Source of the DNA: an uncultured virus (IMG/VR IMGVR_UViG_3300021599_002354)
Lineage: Duplodnaviria; Heunggongvirae; Uroviricota; Caudoviricetes
Strand: one strand, 5' to 3'
IMG/VR virus record: IMGVR_UViG_3300021599_002354
Length of the DNA stretch: 64,000 nucleotides
Positions 57,595 through 64,000 of the stretch are shown here, one piece after another. Position 1 is the stretch's first letter. Every line of letters starts with the position of its first letter. The position numbers and the translations under genes were made by a program. The notes below the pieces were generated by a model. The model made no database searches, was not told the DNA's origin, and saw only the letters and a program-made list of their open reading frames with translations.

Positions 57595-57811
57595 AAACTA
57601 TTTCAGTCGTTCCGATTTTTATTGTGAAAGTATTTTCAGGTTTTATCTGATTGTATCTTCCAAATTTACTTTCTATTAAATCATATATTTTTTCAAACTC
57701 AACTTTGGATACTTCAAATATCAGTGTCGGTGATTTTAAATTATATTGTAATTTTTCAATTATATCAGATATCTCTGCCAACTTTGTTAAAAATTCAACT
57801 TTTTTTTCCAT
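57572..57811 (-). CDS. Hypothetical protein
   Basis: ORF in a coupled array. Confidence 0.55.
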   Translation of the reverse strand: MEKKVEFLTKLAEISDIIEKLQYNLKSPTLIFEVSKVEFEKIYDLIESKFGRYNQIKPENTFTIKIGTTEIVFNTNNAD

Positions 57812-57998
57812 ATCCTAATATAATAAGTATTTTATCTAATATAGATATTTTCTTTTTTGGTTTAGGTGAGAACATTTTAGATTTATCTAAAGACTTAATC
57901 TCCTCAATCAACTGATTCTTGTGGTTCGTCAGATCGATCTTGTCCTTCTCCATCTCCCGTTTCAACCAATCTGATGCCTGTTGTATCCTTTTGTCCAT
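57795..57998 (-). CDS. Hypothetical protein
   Basis: ORF in a coupled array. Confidence 0.55.
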   Translation of the reverse strand: MDKRIQQASDWLKREMEKDKIDLTNHKNQLIEEIKSLDKSKMFSPKPKKKISILDKILIILGYGKKS

Positions 57999-58359
57999 TT
58001 ATTGGTAGTAAATTTATTTCTTTTAAATTTTCTAAAGATTGTTTTTTGAACAACTCTTGTAATTCTTTTACTTTTTGTTGAAATAAAAATTCTTTTTCTT
58101 CTTCCTCTTTATTAACTCTCAATATTTCATTCGCACAAGCAAAAACAACATCATACCCATTTTGTGTTGCATGTGATATTAATGAAATTAAATTAAATTT
58201 TTCATTCTTATCTTGAATTTTAATTGCGATAGAACTGTAAGGTTTTGCAATATTTTCATACTTCCAAGATAATGGTAATTTAATATCTAAACTCACGTTG
58301 TCTTGTACTTCTCTTAAAGAGTGGAAATAAGGTCTTAATGTTTTTATATTTTCAAACAC
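57904..58359 (-). CDS. Hypothetical protein
   Basis: GTG start; coiled-coil-like C-terminal half. Confidence 0.6.
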   Translation of the reverse strand: MFENIKTLRPYFHSLREVQDNVSLDIKLPLSWKYENIAKPYSSIAIKIQDKNEKFNLISLISHATQNGYDVVFACANEILRVNKEEEEKEFLFQQKVKELQELFKKQSLENLKEINLLPINGQKDTTGIRLVETGDGEGQDRSDEPQESVD

Positions 58360-58363
58360 GAAT

Positions 58364-58546
58364 TTAAATTATTAGGTTAGTTATTATATATGATATCGTT
58401 AAGTATGTGAAAATCTTTTCTACATTTGTATATTTTATTGGTTCAGGATTATTTACAACCAATCTCATGATTAGATCAAATAATCTAACCCCTAAAAACA
58501 ATAACGATAATACAAGAATGAATATATTAATTTGTTGTGGTATCAT
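58364..58546 (-). CDS. Small two-TM membrane protein
   Basis: Two hydrophobic segments. Confidence 0.55.
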   Translation of the reverse strand: MIPQQINIFILVLSLLFLGVRLFDLIMRLVVNNPEPIKYTNVEKIFTYLTISYIITNLII

Positions 58547-58718
58547 GTTTTTTCATTTCTTCTAAAATTTCTTTTCTATATACACCTATCAAGAACTTAA
58601 TTTCTTGTGCATATTTTCTTGCTCTAATTGATGCACTTCGGTTCCCTTTCTCAAAAACTTTTTGTGTATCAACAGACATTTTTTCAACCAATTCTTTGAT
58701 TTTTTTTAAAGTATCCAT
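58527..58718 (-). CDS. Hc1/histone H1-like small DNA-binding protein
   Basis: FEKGNRSASIRARK..QEIK resembles the KGNKAAGTRARK motif of the Hc1-like family. Confidence 0.65.
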   Translation of the reverse strand: MDTLKKIKELVEKMSVDTQKVFEKGNRSASIRARKYAQEIKFLIGVYRKEILEEMKKHDTTTN

Positions 58719-58761
58719 ATTAATTTTTTTCAGTTATTAATACTAATATATGAAAAAAATT

Positions 58762-59217
58762 TTACTTTTTCAAGTTTTGATCAAGTAATTTATATACTTC
58801 GGTTAGAATGTCCAGTTCTGATCTTGTTTTTTTGTGTTTAAAATCAAACAGTTTAGAAAAGTATTCATTTATTTTAATTATACGTTTATCTATTTGAGGG
58901 TAATAGTACGCCTCTAAAAAGAAATTCCAAAAATAATCAAAATGATTACCTCTACTTTTAAAGAATATTTTTTCTTTATCGAAACTTTCTAAGGTTTTAT
59001 CCCAACACCAAATGAAATGTCCTCTTTGTGATGGTTCTTCGAATAGTACGTCAGGTCCGAGATATGTTTTATCAATTAAATCATATAATGATTTTAAAAA
59101 ATCGTAAAACAATTCAGTTTTTTCTCGACTTATATTATATGTCTTATACCAAATGTCTATTTGATGTTTGTAGCTTTCAGATGCAATAAACTCTAAATAA
59201 CCTTCTTTATTTTCCAT
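58762..59217 (-). CDS. Hypothetical protein
   Basis: Clean ORF with an AT-rich upstream region. Confidence 0.65.
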   Translation of the reverse strand: MENKEGYLEFIASESYKHQIDIWYKTYNISREKTELFYDFLKSLYDLIDKTYLGPDVLFEEPSQRGHFIWCWDKTLESFDKEKIFFKSRGNHFDYFWNFFLEAYYYPQIDKRIIKINEYFSKLFDFKHKKTRSELDILTEVYKLLDQNLKK

Positions 59218-59265
59218 ATTCCTTCTATTTTATAATATAAGGATAAAAGAAAATATTAAGAAGAA

Positions 59266-60591
59266 TTACTGAGTTTTTTTATTGTAAACTGCCATATTTT
59301 TCATTTTCTTGATTTCTTCTTCAAGAATTGTTGACAATTTTGTTTTTTCCGATTCGTTTACAACATTAACTTTTTCGGGATCTTTCCAACTATGTCCCCA
59401 GCTAATTTCAGGTTCAGATTTAATCTTCTTATCTTTTCTTTCCGCCTTATCTGCTAATTTTTTTCCTACGTCACTTTTAACTGCATTTGCATATTCATGT
59501 GAATTACCCATAAGTGCATCACCCTCTAATGACATTTTTAATCTTTTCTTAAAATTCTCTGATGGATTTTCAATATTTAAATCTTCTAATCCGCCGCCTC
59601 TAATGTCTGAAACAATTTCATCTTCTTTAGATGAATTCTTTCTTGCCATTTTCTCTTTTGCTTTACCAATTTGATGTGGGAACTCAGGATTGTCATTATT
59701 TGAAAATGAAAGAGCATCTTTAATTTTTGCGGAAACATCACTAATGTTTTTCTTATTTGATGTTTCACTATCTTTTTTTACACGATTGGTTATGTCTAAT
59801 CCAGGTATGGATTCCTTTACCATTTTTTTGATCATTTTGATCATCTCAGTTTCATTCATTCTAACAACTTTTTTCTTAGATTCCATTTTAGAACCATATC
59901 CACATTCATTACACATTCCCTCTTCGTTCATTGACCCACCACATTCGTTACAAACATGTTTAGATTCTTCAACTTCTTTTTCACCTGATTCATCACTTTG
60001 TGTATCGGCATCAGATAACCATTGATCAAACTCACTTTCTTTTGTCTCAACTTCTTTTTTATTACCTTTATTTTTTAACATCATTAAAAAATCTGATTTA
60101 GTTAACTTACCATCTTTATTTTTATCTAATTCAGTTTGTCCGCCATGTAATTTTTCCATCATGTCTTTATCACCACATTCATTACAATCTTCTTCATTTT
60201 CATCTACGTCAGATGTGTCGATATATTCTTTGTTACCTAAATTAAATTTCTCACCTTTAGGTGTATCTTTTAATGCTTTAGTAAATGTATTACCTTCCAT
60301 TGAATCTTCTTCTTCAGAAAGTTCATCATTCATTTCATCTAATTTATCTATCATATCATCATGAGATTCATATATACCTTTTTCAATAATTAACTCACCA
60401 TCATTCTTATCTTTGTAACGTGGTAAAGCTTCCTCAGCTTCTTCTTGTGTATTGAAACTTGCGAGAGGTATTCCTTCACATTTAATGTGATATACTTCTT
60501 TTTTTGAACCTTCAGATTCTTGAATTATTTTCTTTTTTACTTCCTTAAAAATTAAGTCAGTTACGTTTTTATTTAAATCTTTCGTTTTCAT
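59266..60591 (-). CDS. Acidic hypothetical (possibly virion) protein with an EF-hand-like loop and CxxC pairs
   Basis: LDKNKDGKLTKSDF; CNECG three times; ATATTTAT motif just upstream. Confidence 0.65.
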   Translation of the reverse strand: MKTKDLNKNVTDLIFKEVKKKIIQESEGSKKEVYHIKCEGIPLASFNTQEEAEEALPRYKDKNDGELIIEKGIYESHDDMIDKLDEMNDELSEEEDSMEGNTFTKALKDTPKGEKFNLGNKEYIDTSDVDENEEDCNECGDKDMMEKLHGGQTELDKNKDGKLTKSDFLMMLKNKGNKKEVETKESEFDQWLSDADTQSDESGEKEVEESKHVCNECGGSMNEEGMCNECGYGSKMESKKKVVRMNETEMIKMIKKMVKESIPGLDITNRVKKDSETSNKKNISDVSAKIKDALSFSNNDNPEFPHQIGKAKEKMARKNSSKEDEIVSDIRGGGLEDLNIENPSENFKKRLKMSLEGDALMGNSHEYANAVKSDVGKKLADKAERKDKKIKSEPEISWGHSWKDPEKVNVVNESEKTKLSTILEEEIKKMKNMAVYNKKTQ

Positions 60592-61435
60592 ATTCAATAA
60601 ATATCTTGTTTATTTCATTTAATACGAGTTTTTCTATTTCCCTATAAGGTAATTTTAACTCATCAGATGTCTCTTTTATATATATTTGTATTTCTTTATT
60701 TTCAGAAATGAATTCCAATGCTCCGGTGTTACCTTGATTACAATAAGGAAATTTTTTACATTTTTCTTTAATCTTAACATAGATACCCTGAGGTCCACCA
60801 TACTTGGGAAAATTCTTATCTTTTACGGCTCTACCTTTATAAATGGATTTTGGACCTTCGATACTCAAAGGATTTTTTCGACCTTTAGTCGTTTTTCCGA
60901 AAAGAGGTACATCAAATTGACCTGAAGAGGATGCGTCCATTGCCTCATCAATTTCTTTTTCCTCATTTAATTTTGAATTATGGATTTTATATATATCTCT
61001 TTTTTTAATCACATCACCTGAAAATGCACCCTCAAAGGAACCTGAGGAACTCGCATCAGTCGCCTCTTTTGTTTCTATTTTTTTTAACTTATCATAATAT
61101 TTTGGGTCTTCCCACAAATGGTCCATAGCAATTTCTTTTGCCTTTTCTTTATCATCTGTATGTTCCATCTCAACCTTCATACCCATATGTAATTGTTTCC
61201 TTAAAGAGTCCATCATATTTTTAATATGATAATAACCTTTGGCGTCATGTTTTTTGGATATTTGAACTAATGATTTGTTATCCGCCAAACCACCTTCAAT
61301 TTCTTCTGTTTCGTTAACTTTCTTTTTTCCTTGACAATGCGCCCTTTGACTAAACCCCTTTGGATTATTACAATCAATTGATTTCTTATATTTTTCTAAC
61401 CATTTTTCGTTAGTTTCTGTTTCGATTTTTTTCAT
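60569..61435 (-). CDS. Hypothetical phage protein containing a DUF5661-like module
   Basis: GMKVEMEHT...AKEIAMDHL.EDPKYY; IDCNNPKGFSQRAHC. Confidence 0.65.
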   Translation of the reverse strand: MKKIETETNEKWLEKYKKSIDCNNPKGFSQRAHCQGKKKVNETEEIEGGLADNKSLVQISKKHDAKGYYHIKNMMDSLRKQLHMGMKVEMEHTDDKEKAKEIAMDHLWEDPKYYDKLKKIETKEATDASSSGSFEGAFSGDVIKKRDIYKIHNSKLNEEKEIDEAMDASSSGQFDVPLFGKTTKGRKNPLSIEGPKSIYKGRAVKDKNFPKYGGPQGIYVKIKEKCKKFPYCNQGNTGALEFISENKEIQIYIKETSDELKLPYREIEKLVLNEINKIFIEYENERFK

Positions 61436-61674
61436 TATCTAACCGATTTTAATGCACTTTCCCAGAAAGATTTTCTTTGCCAAAGTGTTTTGAATAATTC
61501 TACCACAACTTTGGTTGATAAATCAATTATTTTGTCATCAATTTTTTTTGTTCCGAGTTCATCTTGTATAATTTTGATAACAATTTTATGAGCCTGAGTT
61601 GTCTCCATAAAATTGTTTATTTCTTTTTTTACAATTTTTTCGATTTCTCTTTTATCTTGTTCTGTAAATGACAT
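61435..61674 (-). CDS. Hypothetical protein
   Basis: Coupled ORF. Confidence 0.6.
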   Translation of the reverse strand: MSFTEQDKREIEKIVKKEINNFMETTQAHKIVIKIIQDELGTKKIDDKIIDLSTKVVVELFKTLWQRKSFWESALKSVR

Positions 61675-62216
61675 TATATATTATTCTTTCTACTGTCGAT
61701 TATTGATTCAAAAGTTGTTTTGAATGTCTCTTCAAATTTTACTAATTTATCTAAAACTTGTCCAACTTCATTTTCTAATTTCATCATTTCCGCATTAACA
61801 TATACACCAGAATCTTTACCTGCGATGAATACAAAACTTATATCCTCATCGGATAATTTACCATCTAATCTAACTTGATCTTGATTTATTGTTAAACCTG
61901 GTTCAAAATCTACAATTTGTGAAACTTGTTGTTTGAAGTTATCCAATAGGTCTGATATTGATTTCTTTTGTTCATCTGTCAAATCCATATCCGCCTCGTC
62001 ATTTGATATCATTTTAACATCCACATCATTGATCGCAGTAATGTTGTCTTTTTGTCCACTGTCTCCTGTTTCCTTATTAGAATCCATATCAACACCAAAT
62101 TCAGTGTCTTCTAATAGTTTATTTGCTTTTTTTGATTGATGTGATTCATTTAACTTTCTCAATGTGTTCAACATTGTTTTTGTCTGATCGTATGCTATGA
62201 CTTTTCTCTTATCCAT
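61674..62216 (-). CDS. Hypothetical acidic protein
   Basis: Coupled ORF. Confidence 0.6.
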   Translation of the reverse strand: MDKRKVIAYDQTKTMLNTLRKLNESHQSKKANKLLEDTEFGVDMDSNKETGDSGQKDNITAINDVDVKMISNDEADMDLTDEQKKSISDLLDNFKQQVSQIVDFEPGLTINQDQVRLDGKLSDEDISFVFIAGKDSGVYVNAEMMKLENEVGQVLDKLVKFEETFKTTFESIIDSRKNNI

Positions 62217-62808
62217 TTTTAAAAAATATTGTAAAATCGAACGAAGGGTTTATATCTGTATAAATATCCGAATAATTTGATTTATATACAATCCCATTAA
62301 ACTTAGACACACCATTGTTTAATGCGTGTGATGGCATTGATTTTTTTTCTATTTTATGTTTTTCACATAAAGATTCACATAACTTACTTATGGAGTCGTA
62401 CTGAGATTCATTATATTTGTCCCAAAAAAAATAATTTCTCCAATTTCGTATATGTGGTTCACTTCTATACGTGTCTCCGATCCAATTATTCATGAAACCC
62501 GTTATTGTATTTTTATGTAACCAACCGAGATTTTCGATTGCAATTTTAATAATCTTTCTATCTACGTTAGGTATGTCAAAGGTTTTTGAACTATAATCAG
62601 TATCAAATAATTGATAAATTGCCCCAAGTTTGGAAATAACAAAATGAGGAATATCTTCATATTCCCCATTTTTTCTATACTTTATTTTATTTATGAAATC
62701 GTCAACTCTTCTTTGAGTGTCGTATAATAGAATCTGAGTTTTCTTAGATTTTTTTCTATATATATTTAATTTTTTATCATCTAAACCGTCTACGTTGTGT
62801 ACTAACAT
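62209..62808 (-). CDS. N-acetylmuramoyl-L-alanine amidase (Amidase_2)-like protein, apparently degenerate
   Basis: HFVI...G.IYQL, I.IEN.G, Y...Q...L..L, H, DINP.FD; the first HxT motif reads YDT. Confidence 0.6.
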   Translation of the reverse strand: MLVHNVDGLDDKKLNIYRKKSKKTQILLYDTQRRVDDFINKIKYRKNGEYEDIPHFVISKLGAIYQLFDTDYSSKTFDIPNVDRKIIKIAIENLGWLHKNTITGFMNNWIGDTYRSEPHIRNWRNYFFWDKYNESQYDSISKLCESLCEKHKIEKKSMPSHALNNGVSKFNGIVYKSNYSDIYTDINPSFDFTIFFKNG

Positions 62809-63021
62809 TACGAGAAATTACTTTTCTTATTTGTGTCTGAGGAAGAATTTCTTCTTCTGACTGTGGGATTATGGTTTCATTATTTTCCAAATCATATATT
62901 ACAAGATTTGGGTTTCCGTCGTCCTTTTCCCAATATAAAGATTCTTCATCAACTAATTCTGTCGAATCTAATATTTGTGTTGTATCCGAAACCGGGTCTT
63001 CTGATTGGGTTTTTTCTTCTA

Positions 63022-64000
63022 TTATTTTTTTTTTTCATCTTCCTCATTATTGGGAGATGGTTCATTTATCTCATCGATTTGAGTTGTCTCTTCATTTGTT
63101 GCAAATGGTTCAGGAACCGTTTCTTGTTCCCATTCTTGAAACTGATTTGGGTAATCCTCAATATTATCTTGGAAAATATTCTCAGAATTTGGTTCTATAG
63201 TGGAAAAATTTTGTTCTATTTCTTCTTCAGTAGGTTCTATTGTGGAAAAATCTTCCTCTTCAACTAACTCAAATTTTCTTTCCCATTCATCCATAAACAT
63301 CTCCCTAACTTCCTCGTCTGATAGTGCTGGTGTGATAGTTTCTTGTTTTAGTTGTTCATGAATTTCTTCTGTCATTTCAAATGCCCCCTCCGGTCCTATT
63401 GTAAAGTCATCACTAACAACCGGCTCCTTAACTATAGGAATAGTGTAAGGTGGTGGATCATATAAACCAAGTTCTTCATCTTTTTGCATCATTTCAACAA
63501 GTATTTCTTTTCTTTCTTCTTGTGTAGGAGTGGTTGGAAATGTGTAAACGGGTTTACTGTACTCGTCATCGTATTCCATATTTTCGGGAAATATACTATG
63601 TTTTTCTTCTTCAATTACAGGAGGTTGGTCATCCCAAGTACTAAACGGCATTTCAATATTTTTTTCTGTGATATTATCTTGATATTTTTTTGCCGACTCT
63701 TTTAAGTTTTCATTTGGTTTTGGTGGGTTCAATAAAACCTCTTCTAATTTTTTAAAATCCTCATCGGATAATCTAATTTTAGAAACTTCACTCATTAAAT
63801 GATTTGCAGGAATTACATCCTTTTCTTCTTTTATTTCATTTGTAATTTCTTTTTTCCTATCCTCTTCAGTAAATTTCACTAACATATGAAGAAATGACAA
63901 AGAAATTATTGGTAACATTCCACCAGCAAATAGTGCTAAAAATCTTTTATGACCAACAAGATCACCTTCTTCTACACCCATAAAAGAAACTAAAGGTGAT
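63022..64000 (-). CDS. Membrane-anchored protein with long acidic tail (5' end off the window); probable frameshift extension to 62777
   Basis: TM segment FLALFAGGMLPIISLSFL; frame open beyond 63981; ends in an A11 run plus TAA. Confidence 0.7.
   Translation of the reverse strand, partial: SPLVSFMGVEEGDLVGHKRFLALFAGGMLPIISLSFLHMLVKFTEEDRKKEITNEIKEEKDVIPANHLMSEVSKIRLSDEDFKKLEEVLLNPPKPNENLKESAKKYQDNITEKNIEMPFSTWDDQPPVIEEEKHSIFPENMEYDDEYSKPVYTFPTTPTQEERKEILVEMMQKDEELGLYDPPPYTIPIVKEPVVSDDFTIGPEGAFEMTEEIHEQLKQETITPALSDEEVREMFMDEWERKFELVEEEDFSTIEPTEEEIEQNFSTIEPNSENIFQDNIEDYPNQFQEWEQETVPEPFATNEETTQIDEINEPSPNNEEDEKKK

Noticed and set aside
62833..63705. Plus-strand ORFs 62833..63267, 62871..63200 and 63484..63705, and other short antisense ORFs across the window
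   Set aside because: They lie opposite well-supported genes and carry no recognisable motifs
1..64000. tRNA, rRNA, IS elements or integrase
   Set aside because: None recognised; intergenic gaps are short and AT-rich. A covariance-model search would be needed to exclude small RNAs.

Overview
An AT-rich, densely packed segment that is almost all on the minus strand. It most likely comes from a large (jumbo-type) tailed dsDNA phage, possibly of a Bacteroidota host. The evidence is fibre-like proteins, NusG, an Hc1-like protein, a Dam-type methylase, Trx/Grx, a repeated GTATTTAT upstream motif and no clear Shine-Dalgarno sites. Two large genes built from Gly-Ser-Ser/Gly-Thr-Ser triplet tracts (<1..2449 and 45801..49226) bracket a ~43 kb modification island. 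The island holds an Aah/TibC-type protein O-glycosyltransferase, GT4/GT2/GT7 glycosyltransferases, methyltransferases, sulfotransferases with APS kinase, a carbamoyltransferase and 2OG-Fe(II) oxygenases. It also holds nucleotide-sugar enzymes with a split ThDP enzyme, radical SAMs, 8 SGNH-like paralogues and 5 'SEK(T/S)' paralogues. The most striking gene is 13199..15133. It reads as a circularly permuted ATP-grasp domain, a Hint domain ending in His-Asn, a 77-aa peptide with 12 Cys and 11 Tyr, and an S74-type autocleaving chaperone, so the peptide sits between two self-cleaving modules. It heads a run of tailoring enzymes that mostly share a basic-hydrophobic C-terminal tail (e.g. KKTLI). Other observations: a probable frameshift at an A11 run (63025..63035), an internally deleted and stopped methyltransferase domain (4932..5105) and LamG-like inserts in four adjacent genes. 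All family calls come from motifs recognised by eye; no database search was run.
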